From contig CM120642.1 in NCBI GenBank assembly GCA_051362555.1, positions 7,316,001 to 7,380,000 on the forward strand: a stretch of DNA of 64,000 bases. Reading direction: 5' to 3'. The translations under genes were made by a program, and so were the position numbers. Shown piece after piece: positions 38,712 through 50,654 of the stretch; position 1 is the stretch's first letter, and every line of letters begins with the position of its first letter. A model generated the notes under the pieces. It was given only the letters and a program-made list of their open reading frames with translations. It was not told the DNA's origin and did not search any database. Source of the stretch: Lingula anatina (taxonomy: Eukaryota > Animalia > Brachiopoda).

Positions 38712-40034
38712 ACCACCAATTGGCTGGATGTCAGGGTGATGGTAGTCTGCTTTATTCATGTCTCTGAATGTAGATGTGTGAAATGTCAGCTCTTTGTTGG
38801 CTACAGACAGTTTAGAAAACATGTAGAATTTGAGGTTGGTCCTCATACTTGATTTTAAGAAACTACTCCAAAATGATGTAGCATCATATATCTCTCATTT
38901 CAGAGAACAGAACATATGCAATAGTTAAGATTGAGATCCAGTTTCAGAAATAAGTCGACAAGTCTGTAATAACTGATAAAAAAAAATTGGATATATTCTA
39001 AAGGCTACGTAGACAGGTTATTGCACATTGAGGTTGATGGAATCTAGTGCTTAAGAAATATGTCTCTATACATTTGAAATCTGTAATGTATACACACAAA
39101 GCTGCGTAAGTACTATACTCGGTACAAATGCACGCACATACACAACATACATAAGCACAGACAAAGAGAAGGTTGAGAGAGAAAATTTAACTCCTACTGA
39201 TTTAAAGAAACTAACCAGTATAAATCCATATGCAAGCCACTTTGTAGATAGTTATAATATGAAAAGATCAGAAAAGGTCAGCCTTAACTGATGGGTTGAT
39301 CTGAAAATATTTAAATTGGAAAGCAGTGCTTGCCTTTTACAATTCACACCAACCCAGTACCTGAGATAAACCAGTGAAGTTGAATAGGTTCTGTAAGTAC
39401 TGCAAACTTGTGTTCTGTTTACATAACCCTGTATGGGCTAATTTCACTTTGGGCAGCACAGGTGTAGCGGACAAGGCAAACAGAGACAAACGCTGACAGT
39501 CGATTGCAATACACCTCAGCTGCCATTAAATAGCCTTCCTGATGAGAACTGCTTAACTGACTGCTTGATCAGTTCAACTCCTCACTGCCTCTTGGTGTTT
39601 GATTTACAAGGTAGGTTTTATATGGGGAAGGAACAGAGAAAGAAAACAAATGCGCCAAAGTGCTGTTTTTCTTAAGCTCTGTGAGATTGTTTGAATGTTA
39701 AGTCTGTGGACTGTTAAATACCGAGTTGAAAAGTTCATTTGAATGAACTGTGCTTCACCTAGACCATGTATAATACATTGAAACTTGGTGCATGCTCATA
39801 TGTAATTTGATTTCAGCAGCATTGCATAATTTTACTGCCAACTGAAAATTACGATGTGTTAAGTGATTGACATTTTGTCAAAATACATGGAATATAATGT
39901 TTCCATTTTTTCTGAAGTCAAAATGTTGTTTTAACCTATTGGTAGATGTTTATATATGTTAGCATAGGCCAGTGAAATGCATAGTCACAAAAACATCCGT
40001 TAATGTCATGTTTCATTGAGAAAACTGTACCATT

Positions 40035-40087
<53 letters not shown>

Positions 40088-42014
40088 AACCTTATTTTGC
40101 CAATTTTAGTGTAGGTGCATTTGTGAAAGCAAACAAGCAAACAATACAAAAGAAAATAATAAGATGCAACTGATACAACCTGCAATATCAAACTTCTCAT
40201 TCTGCACTAAGCACATACCAGCATTCTATGCAAAATTAATATATATGTACCTGGACATATTCTTCCCCACCAAGTCAACCGTCATTCACAGAGGAAGCAG
40301 CATGTTAGATGTGATTTGATTTACACAGGGAGATATGGTTATTTCTTGATATTTTGGAAAATAAAACGATTAAGGATGTTTCCTTAAACAGCGTTTTGTT
40401 AGTATTTGTCAAAGGATTTAGAGGGTCAGAGTAGGGGGTTGAGTAGAAATTAAAAAAAAAAAAATTTGAGTGTGACTAAGTAAGATTGCAGATCTACAAA
40501 TCCTTTAAAGGTGAAATATTGGAATTTGCAAGAATTTTTAGATGATGGTACAATGACTCCATCTTTTTAATGCGGAAAATTGTGAATTTTACAGGTACTT
40601 TATTTTTTAAGTCATAAATTCTTAAAATTAAATTTTACATTAATATTGACTGGCCACTGAAAATCAGTCTAAGCACCACAAAAATGCTTCACAGAAGTAT
40701 ATTTTAATGACTCTAAAATCATGTTTCCAAAAATGTGATAATTTTTTTCTCAAATGGAAAGATCAGGTAATTACCATAATCGTGGTCTTTGTAAATATTT
40801 TCCAAAATTTTGAATTCCAATACTTTCCTAAAGTCATGCATGGTTTTTTGGTCTGTATAAGTTATGGAAAAGAGTATAATAATGAAATGACTCATCTTGT
40901 AGGCAATTTACACTTTCTTATTCTTCTAAAACCATCACGTTCAATCTTTTTTCTTCAAGTAAGCTATGATGCAAACAAAGGTATTAAAATGACTCATACT
41001 TTTATTAGTTTGTATCCCATTGGCCAAGTATTTTGAGTAAGTTTGCTTAACAAAAAATGTAGGAAGAAGGTGCCTGGGAAAGGTAATTTTGAATATTTAT
41101 TGTGGGTGAAAAAGATCTGAAACATGGAGAATACTGTTGGAATTCTGCTTCCAAAGAATCTAAATGAAAGCGATCAGCAGCCAAATGCTTATACTTCTCG
41201 TAACTCTGGCATTCTGTGATGTGAAACTTAGTTCGAACTAGTGAAGATTCTAGTTAGGCAAGTAAGGCAGTGTTCATGTTAATTTCAGCTATTATAAAAG
41301 GAAAAAATCTTTTAAAAATAAAATTTGTCTGAGATAACTGTTATTAATTCAAGCTATAAAATTTAGAGTTATACTGAGACTGCTGATTGTGTGTTTTAAT
41401 CTTTTCTGTGTACAATTTTTTCTGTCAGTACTGCATATATAGGCATAATCATAGCATATGAATTATCAATTGTTATCATGTATTAAGAATTCTGTAATAT
41501 TTGCTACCTTGTGAACAATGCAAGTATCTGTATACATACTAGTATATAGAATGTTGTTATAGAAATTACATAACAGTTTGCTCTATTTGTCAAAACATCC
41601 ACACTGTGGTGTCCTTTATCCACGTAGAACAAGAAATTTCCAGTGACTGGGAGTGGTGGAGATGGGGTCTCTAACAGTAGACATCTGGATAGATACCTGG
41701 ACAGTTAACAAGAAAGCTTCTGAATGTTTAGTGAGCATGTGAAGGGTTTCCAGCTCTCTCCTTGACACTTGTTCTTTATCTGTATTTTTTCTTGGGATTC
41801 CCCTTGTTTTCTAGTATGTGTTTTTATTAAAAATGTGAAATCAACAAATCTGTGCATTCTGAGCATTTTGATTTGACAAATTCATCATAAGAAAGATGTA
41901 ATCATTTCAATTGATTGTGTTGAAAATAACACAGATTTTCTTCTATTTACAGGTAATAATGTCCTCCTGTAAAACGCTACAAAGTTGAACGAACATTAGG
42001 AAAATACAAACAAA

Positions 42015-43449
42015 ATGGCTGCCAGTGAAGATAAGGACAATAACGGGATGGGGGCCCGCTATGATTCTGGCACAGAAGAGGTTAAATTTGATGTTGAATC
42101 ACCAGCTCGGAATAGATATAAGGGAACCCTCCTAAGTGAGAGACGTCGTAGTCGTTTTCCAGTACTCTTCGAGCGAGCATCCCATTCTTGGTGGAATCCA
42201 CGTTTTGACTCAGAAGTTCTGGAGGAGCAGGTTGCAAAAAGCTCGTTTCCACAAACTCGCATTCGGTTCCAGTATGCCTGCTTCTACATCATTGCATCTT
42301 GCGCTGCCTGGAGTATCTTCTTTGCAGCTAGAGCTGAAGCAAACTGGGTTCCTTTTGTAGTGGGAACATTATCACTACTCCTAATAACTGTGCTGGTTTT
42401 GATCTTCAGCTATACCAGGTATTATCAGCGTTTTTGCCTGCCAGTGTCTATATTTATGTCTCTCCTGCTGGTGGCACTGACTCTGGCCAAATTTCAGAAC
42501 CCCCAGAATGAAACGAATATGTCCGATGTAGGATCTTTCGCGGGGGTCATTGAAATCTTACTGATGATGTACACGGTGATCCCAATGCCCTTGTTTGTGT
42601 GTGTCATCATTGGAGTTTTGTTTTCCATCTTGTACGAAGTTCTGCTCAAGATTGTCACTGGTGACGATGAGGAACTGGATTCAGCTGCGCTGATTGTTGG
42701 GAAAGTTCTGCTTCATTTTTGTATCCACATCATTGGACTTCACATCTTTATCATGTCTCAGGTGAGAAAGCGAAGCACTTTTTGGAAAGTAGGCCAATCC
42801 ATCATGGCGAAGCGAGACCTCGAGATTGAAAAGCAGTTGAAGGAAAAGATGATCAACTCCTTAATGCCAGAGACAATTGCCAAGGAGGTGGTGCAGTCGA
42901 GAGTGGATGGTAACTCTGATTTTCAGCGGATAATCTTTCGTCCATTCACTATGCACCAGATGAAGTCTGTCAGCATCCTCTTTGCGGACATAGTGGGTTT
43001 TACCAAAATGAGCTCCAACAAAACTGCTGAGAAACTGGTGTCTTTGCTGAATAATCTCTTTGGGCGCTTTGATAAAATCTGCTTCAAGACAGGATGCGAG
43101 AAGATTTGCACTCTTGGCGATTGCTACTACTGTGTGTCCGGATGCCCAACGCCGCGTCCTGACCATGCGAAGTGCTGCATAGAGATGGGCTTGGGGATGA
43201 TCAAAGCCATAAAAGAATTCGACGAGGAACACAACGAGGAAGTGAACATGCGTGTTGGCGTGCACACAGGCAAAGTTTTGTGTGGAGTTGTTGGGACGAG
43301 CCGCTTCAAATTTGACGTCATGTCAAATGACGTGGACCTGGCCAATGTCATGGAGTCGACAGGGGAGCCTGGCAGAGTTCATATCTCCGCTGAGACATTG
43401 GAATATCTCAAGGACCTGTATGAGGTGACAGAGGGCAAGGAAGAGAAAG
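42015..43449 (+). CDS. ADCY9: Adenylate cyclase type 9 orthologue, first coding exon (N-terminus, TM1-6, C1a catalytic domain; 478 codons + 1 nt); remaining exons not found in this window
   Basis: AC9-specific motifs LFERAS.SWW.P.FDS..LEE, FPQT..RF, MSQVR.RSTF.KVGQSIM, plus class III cyclase motifs VSILFADIVGFTKMS, TLGDCYYCV, MRVGVHTG.VLCG with both metal-binding Asp residues intact. Acceptor TTTTCTTCTATTTACAG ends at 41952, ATG context is AAAATGG, and the donor AAG|GTAAGC is at 43449/43450. The last 4-5 residues of the track ORF are intronic. Confidence 0.95.
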
Positions 43450-43829
43450 GTAAGCAATATGCATGAAAGGATGTGGGTGTAGGAAAGTGAATGGATTAAA
43501 TACATTATTTTTCACAGATAGCTATTTACTGTACATGTCAATACCACAAAAATGACATGTAATAATACTTGTTTACAAATTAGTTACTGTAAAACATTGG
43601 CTCATCAACTAAGTTGGTGTGATATAGAAAAGATTGGGAAGAATAAATGATAGCATGGGGGTTGATTTGACAGAATGAGTCTGATGAAGCACCAGTCTCT
43701 TAAAAATGGACTGTGGAAAACTAAAATTTTGCAGCAAAAGGATAAAAGGAGAGTGGACATGAAAATACATATTGCCCTGCATTCTAAACCATTTCATAAA
43801 GTTTGAATTCAGATGTAAAAAATTACCTG

Positions 43830-43843
43830 TATCTATCTATCTG

Positions 43844-43886
<43 letters not shown>
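43830..43886. repeat. (TATC)n microsatellite
   Basis: Directly visible. Confidence 0.92.
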
Positions 43887-44571
43887 GTGTATAAGCAAAA
43901 AATGTAAATATTTTATTTGAAAATGACTCATTTCATACCAAATCACCTGCATGAGAGAAAAACAGGTGGGAACACATCAATAATGTATAATGAGCTGTTA
44001 ATTTCAGCTCTCTGGTTGACTATATTTAAGTTTTAATTTCACTTTGCTGCCAAAACATTCAACTTAAGAGTTCCTTCATGGAGCTATGGTTCAAAAAAGG
44101 TAATTAAAAAAAAAATAAACGCACAAGATTTTTTCTCCACTTTCAACATTTTTCTTCTACTTACCAACCATCTCTCTGTTGAGGTCCAAATTTCAAAATC
44201 CAGAAATCCCTTGTAAATTAACATTTTAAATAGGATATATTTTCCTCTGTTTGGCTCAAGCCAATTTCACAGTTACTATTGCATGCATATCTTGCATTTT
44301 CACTTTGCATAAAAATGCAATTGTTTGATCACGGGATCATTGTAATCCCATTGCCATTTGTCAATAAAAGCACCTTCGAACACAAGTTCAGACTTTGAAA
44401 TGAAAAGAAGAAAAATTGATGTATAAATTAAAGAGTACCCTGTATTCTGCTCCCTAGGTGAATATTTACTGTTTATTATTATTATTTTTCCATAATTTTC
44501 CAAGAAGCATTGAAATCTTAATTGCAATATTCTTTGGATTTGAAAAACAAATTTAATCTCTTGGAGATTTA

Positions 44572-44797
44572 GGGTGCTTTCCCAGAGATTTAGATCGATC
44601 TAGAGATTAAGATTTAAATCGACCTAACTCCCTGGGGGTTCACGCTAAATTGCAGTCAGCCGAGCGGGCACCATAGTTAATTACCCCCTTACAGCTTTCA
44701 GTAGGCGGGACAGACGCTTAAGCCGGCCAAGCTGACAGTAATCTAGTGAGACTCCCCACGGGGATAGATCGATCTAAAAATCTATGGAAATGGGGTG
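44572..44797 (+). mobile_element. PIF/Harbinger MITE, family A (intronic)
   Basis: TTA/TTA TSD; near-identical to 22035-22260. Confidence 0.87.
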
Positions 44798-44902
44798 TTA
44801 TTTTTGCCATGTTGGCAGTAGGTAATAATTATGAAACGGATTAGATACTGGTGTCAAGATGGAGGCAAAATATACCTGCTTATTTCTTTTTAATTATATC
44901 AT

Positions 44903-45010
44903 GTACTAACACCTCAACTAGACATTAACTTCTCAGAGGAAGACTTATAAGACAAAGGTGAAACATTTACCTTCCTCTGAGAAGTTAATTTCTAGATGAG
45001 GTGTTAGTGC
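44903..45010. repeat. Inverted repeat, ~40-bp arms with ~28-nt loop
   Basis: ACTAACACCTCAACTAGACATTAACTTCTCAGAGGAAG / CTTCCTCTGAGAAGTTAATTTCTAGATGAGGTGTTAGT, 2 mismatches. Confidence 0.85.
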
Positions 45011-45200
45011 ACGCTTTTCTATAGGAAAACTATTGAAGTCTAGGTGTAAATAATGCTTGAAGGTGATAAAACATTCCAAATGAATGAAAGTAAGTTTTCT
45101 TTACGTATACGAAAAATTAGAGGAAACATAAGGCCCCTCAGCTATCTGGACATTTTTGTTCACAAAATGTATATGCTTTAATTTTATGTGTATATTGTGT

Positions 45201-48200
45201 TTTATTGTACCACCAGCGTTAGCGCTGGCGGTACACATGGTTTTAGTCCCGTCCGGTCCGTTCCGCCGGCTCCGCCGGCTCCTGCGGCTCCGCCGGCTCC
45301 GCCGGCTCCGCCGCCATGTTACCGTTACCGCTTCTCCTCCTAGACGGTAAGGGCCCCCATACCCATCTCTTGGATTTAGGTCACCTATAATCTCAACTCG
45401 TTCCACGTAAAATTTGGGCTTTGTCGGTATTGGGGTCTAGGTGTGGCACTCATTGCAATGCACCCTTGTCCAAAAATGGCAAAATTAAATGCTAATTATC
45501 TACCCTACGGAAGGAATTATGGGAAAAATTTCTACAGACGGCTTTCCAAAAGTCATATGTGTAGATTTCAAATATGCCCTTGGATTTGACCTTTGACCTT
45601 TATTTCAAGGTCAAACGGGCAAAAATTTTCAAAAAAATGAATTTTTTTACGAAAAAAAAATTATTTGCGCTGTTATTCAGACACCACACAGACTTAACCA
45701 ATAATATTATTGGAAAATGTTACCCTTCAGGTCATCTTTCATCTGTGTGAATTTGGGGTCAATCGGTGCATTTTCACGGGTGTAGCGGCCATAAGATACC
45801 GAAACTGAAAACTGTCTCTAATTCGGGAACCGTTAATGCTAGAGACCCATTCTTTTTTGCATTTTGTAGAGCATGTAAAGCCCAACACTGGAGGTGGTCT
45901 CCGTTTTTTTGTATTCCATACGGTTTTCGAGTTACGCTGTATCAAAAAGTACATATTGGTGGTGAAAGCAAAATGTGCAGTACGGTAATGGATAATAAAT
46001 TTTGAACTCTGGAAAAATAAAACATAAGGCTTGGCAAAGCAGACAACTTGTGGTCAAAAATGACATTATTTCATCAAATTTGAACTTCTGGAACTTCAGA
46101 GCACCTCCCATTTCAAGAATTTTTACCAAAATGACCTTTTCTTTATTTTAATTAATTTTTTCTGTAGGAAATTTATGGCACATTAAGGTAACTCCGAAAT
46201 TATAACATTTAGTCCCTTATATCTCCAAAACTGGCAGAGATAGGTCCATAGTTACTATTGAAGTTGAATAGGAAGTCATATACTGGCAATCTTACTGTGA
46301 CCTTGAAATTGACCTTTGACCTACTTTTCACCATAAATTGAACTTTGCAAATTTTGCTACCCTTTTATCTCCAAAACTGGCAGAGATAGGTCCATAGTTT
46401 CTATTGAACTTGAATATGAAGTCATATACTGGCAATCTAAATGTGACCTTGAAATTGACCTTTGACCTACTTTTCACCATGAACTGAACTTTGGAAATTT
46501 TGCTTCCCTTTTATCTCCAAAACTAGCAGAGATAGGTCCATAGTCACTATTGAAGTTGAATAGGAAGTCATATACTGGCAATCTAAATGTGACCTTAAAA
46601 TTGACCTTTGATCTACTTTTCACCATGAACTGAACTCTGTTAATTTCTTTCTCTTTTAACCTGGCAGAGATAGGTCCATAGTTTCTATTGAAGTTGAATA
46701 GGAAGTCATATACTGGCAATCTAAATGTGACCTTGAAATTGACCTTTGACCTACTTTTTATCATGAATTGAACTTTGCAAATTTTGGTTCCCTTTTATCT
46801 CCAAAACTGGCAGAGATAGGTCCATAGTTACTATTGAACTTGAATAGGAAGTCATATACTGGCAATCTTTCTGTGACCTTGAAATTGACCTTTGACCTAC
46901 TTTTCATCATGAACTGAACTTTGCAAATTTTGCTTCCCTTTTATCTCCAAAGTTACGCTGTATCAAAAAGTACATTTTGGTGGTTAAAGCAAAATGTGCT
47001 GTACGGTAATGGAAAATAAATTTTGAACTCCGGAAAAATAAAACATAAGGCTTGGCAAAGCAGGCAACTTGTGGTCGAAAATGACATTATTTCATCAAAT
47101 TTGAACATCTGGAACTTCAGAGCACCTCCCATTTCAAGAATTTTTACCAAAATGACCTTTTCTTTATTTTTATTATTTTTTTCCATAGGAAATTTATGGC
47201 ACATTATGGTAACTCCAAAATTATAACATTTAGTCCCTTATATCTCCAAAACTGGCAGAGATAAGTCCATAGTTACTATTGAAGTTGAATAGGAAGTCAT
47301 GTACTGGCAATCTTACTGTGACCTTGAAATTGACCTTTGACCTACTTTTCACCATGAACTGAACTTTGCAAATTTTGCCTTCCTTTTATCTCCAAAACTG
47401 GCAGAGATAGGTCCATACTTTCTATTGAACTTGAATATGAAGTCATATACTGGCAACCTTACTGTGACTTTGAAATTGACCTTTGACCTACTTTTCACCA
47501 TGAACTGAACTTTGCAAATTTTGCTTCCCTTTTATCTCCAAAACTGACAGAGATAGGTCCATAGTTACTATTGAAGTTGAATAGGAAGTCACATACTGGC
47601 AATCTAAATGTGACTCTAAAATTGACCTTTGGCCTACTTTTCACCATGAACTGAACTTTGCAAATTTTGCTTCCCTTTTATCTCCAATGTTACGCTGTAT
47701 CAAAAAGTACATATTGGTGGTTAAAGCAAAATGTGCAGTACAGTAATGGATAATAAATTTTGAACTCCGGAATAAGGCTTGGCAAAGCAGACAACTTGTG
47801 GTCAAAAATGACATTATTTCATCAAATTAGAACATCTGGAACTTCAGAGCACCTCCCATTTCAAGAATTTTGACCAAAATGACCTTTTCTTTATTTTTAT
47901 TAATTTTTTCCGTAGGAAATTTATGGCACATTATGGTAACTCCAAAATTATAACATTTAGTCCCTTATATCTCCAAAACTGGCAGAGATAGGTCCATAGT
48001 TACTATTGAAGTTGAATAGGAAGTCATATACTGGCAATCTAAATGTGACTTTGAAATTGACCTTTGACCTACTTTTCACCATGAGTTGAACTTTGCAAAT
48101 TTTGGTTCCCTTTTATCTCCAAAACTGGCAGAGATAGGTCCATAGTTACTTTTGAACTTGAATAGGAAGTCATATACTGGCAATCTAAATGTGACCTTGA

Positions 48201-48722
48201 AATTGACCTTTGACCTACTTTTTATCATGAATTGAACTTTGCAAATTTTGGTTCCCTTTTATTTCCAAAACTGGCAGAGATAGGTCCATAGTTACTATTG
48301 AACTTGAATAGGAAGTCATATACTGGCAATCTAAGTGTGACCTTGAAATTGACCTTTGACCTACTTATAATCATGAACTGAACTCTGCTAATTTCTTTCT
48401 CTTTTAACTCCAAACCTGGCAGAGATAGGTCCATAGTTACTATTGAAGTTGAATAGGAAGTCATATACTGGCAATTTACTGTGACCTTGAAATTGACCTT
48501 TGACCTACCTTACGATGAACTTAATTTTGATTGTACCATTTTAAGTTATATATATTTTTTGCGTATTTTGAAAATTCTTGTTGATTGCATTTTTATAGCT
48601 TGTCAAGCATAAGACTGGTGGCTGTGTCTCTTATTTTGTGTATGTGGGGGTCTATACGAATGCGCTTGCTCCAGCTGGTGGTACAATATTCGGAGGCGGT
48701 ATCGCCTCTCTGATCCTCTAGT
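45201..48722 (+). mobile_element. 3.5-kb non-autonomous Helentron-associated element (HINE / DINE-TR1 / pearl-like) with internal tandem repeats
   Basis: 5' subTIR TTGTACCACCAGC (45205-45217) with adjacent IR GCTGGCGGTACA, (CCGGCTCCG)n microsatellite, central repeats, 3' subTIR GCTGGTGGTACAA (48674-48686), hairpin GAGGCGGTATCGCCTC (48693-48708) and terminal CTAG (48718-48721). Confidence 0.88.
45931..48525. repeat. Higher-order repeat: 3 x [~300-bp spacer + 5, 3 or 4 monomers of ~146 bp]
   Basis: Spacer GTTACGCTGTATCAAAAAG at 45931, 46952 and 47689. Monomer anchor GAGATAGGTCCATAG (two copies are single-base variants) at 46237, 46383, 46529, 46667, 46813; 47258, 47404, 47550; 47985, 48131, 48277, 48422. 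Confidence 0.95.
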
Positions 48723-50614
48723 TGAAAATTGTTTTTTTTTGAACCAGGTTCTTTGTGCACAAATTCATAAAAGGGAAAATACCTCTTGAGACACACTATT
48801 TATAACTAGTGATATGAGATATTCTTGTATTACCTGGTCACATTTTTAGGTACCAAAGTTTCAGATATGACAGAAAACCCCCATTTGGATAGTTCAAAGC
48901 AAAAAAGTTTTAAGTAAAAAATTCCCATGAGTCTGTACAAAGAGAAGAGTTATCATTCACTGTTAATAGATAGCTGATTACATTAGTCTTTGGGATATGC
49001 ACCCATGAATTTTAATGTAGATTGTTGTCTGGGCTTATCTGTGTAGTGCACAATCCTCAGTAATAAAACTTGAGATTTTGCAGTCTTTGCCATTTAAATC
49101 CTTTCCAGCCTCACTGGTCAGTTAGACCAGTGCACTTTGAAAACTGTACGTACAAACCCAAAGATGAAATCTGCAGATAACGGAATAATGATCTAAAACA
49201 ACTGGTGAAATGTCCACTCGTTCAATTAAACAAATAACTTTAAAAATCCAATGTGATTTCCTGGTCAGGGGTTAAATCTAGTACAGTAGTCAGTTGCCAA
49301 GGTTCGATGGCCAAGGTTTGAGACTGGTTTTTGGTGCATGACTTGGTGGTTGATATCAAAAAGATCTAAGGGAAATGTCAAGTACTTTGCGATTGAACTC
49401 TGAGGAAATGGCCACGATGTTTCTGCGAAGGTTAAAAGGCAAATGATAGTAAATAGGTGCAAGGTTATGGAAAGGTCTGAAGGGATCAACAGATAACAAG
49501 GTGCATTGAGGTTGTAAAGTTGGAAAAGTGCAGTGGACAATTTATCTTTGTCTATTTTCTGAAATAAGACTGGACTTGGTTTGCTCCTTTGCTCTGTGTG
49601 TGCTTGTTTTTTTTTTCTCTTGAGGGGGATTGAAGATTGCTCATTTTAAGGTATATTTGTTAGGGATGATAATGGAAAAATATTATGTGATTAGGAAGAA
49701 TTTATCCACAATGAAATTATGAATTAAAAATAGCCCAAAGGGAATAAGTGAATTTAGTGAAAAAAGTAAAAATAAAACAGGCACATCTGCACACAAATTT
49801 AATTTCAATAAGGTATTGCCGAGATAAAATTGTCCCAAATGGATGTATTATGTGCCTAATGAAAGATAGATGTTCGAGCAGATTGTGTGCTTGTATTCTG
49901 TTGCGTTTGGCATAATTTATATATTTAAACTTCATCAGAAGATGAGTTTTGAAGGTCGTCAGGCACATAGTTGAGCTTATTCATTTATGTACTATACAGA
50001 TGTATCTTTTTAAAATATTTCTGTTTCTCTCTGTTTCTCTGTTGCTTTTTATGGACCTGTTGTCTGTCAATCAATAGAGGATAACTATAATTGTCATGAC
50101 GTTGATTATCCTCGAGTCGCATGTCACATTAAATTTCCATTAACAGACATAATAAGCACAGAAATATATCTAAAAATTGGTGTATGCTTCACTGGAAAAG
50201 TGGCCTGTGTAATAAGGGGTCAGAGGAGTGGCAAAGATCTTTCAGGGGCCAGATATAATATGTGCACTAAGGAGTAATCAAGATGTTTGTGCTCTGGAAT
50301 GCTATCCAAATTACCTTAACCAGGTTATAATTCCTTATTTCTGAGCAATTAACTTCTGTTTGCATTCAGTGCCAATAGATCTGCAAGCTGTACCTTTTGC
50401 TTAGTTAGGTCTGTGACTCCTCCATTTACGATGGAATTGAGATTTTTAAAAACAAATTTTTAAGGATATTTTTACAGACTGATGGTAGATCTTTAATACT
50501 GGAGATTAAATCTGGAATTTTGAAACAGATTCAATCGTTGTTATCAAAAGCACAAATAGCATAAAAATGGGGTTGTAATAGCATAGTAGCACTCTAGTTG
50601 AACCTGCCTCACAC

Positions 50615-50654
<40 letters not shown>

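Noticed and set aside
42059-43505. Antisense and alternative-frame ORFs over the ADCY9 exon
   Set aside because: Shadow ORFs of a real coding exon.
45101-45406. Arg/Ser-rich ORF (RRSRRS...) resembling a protamine or SR protein
   Set aside because: It is the translation of the HINE's 9-bp microsatellite.
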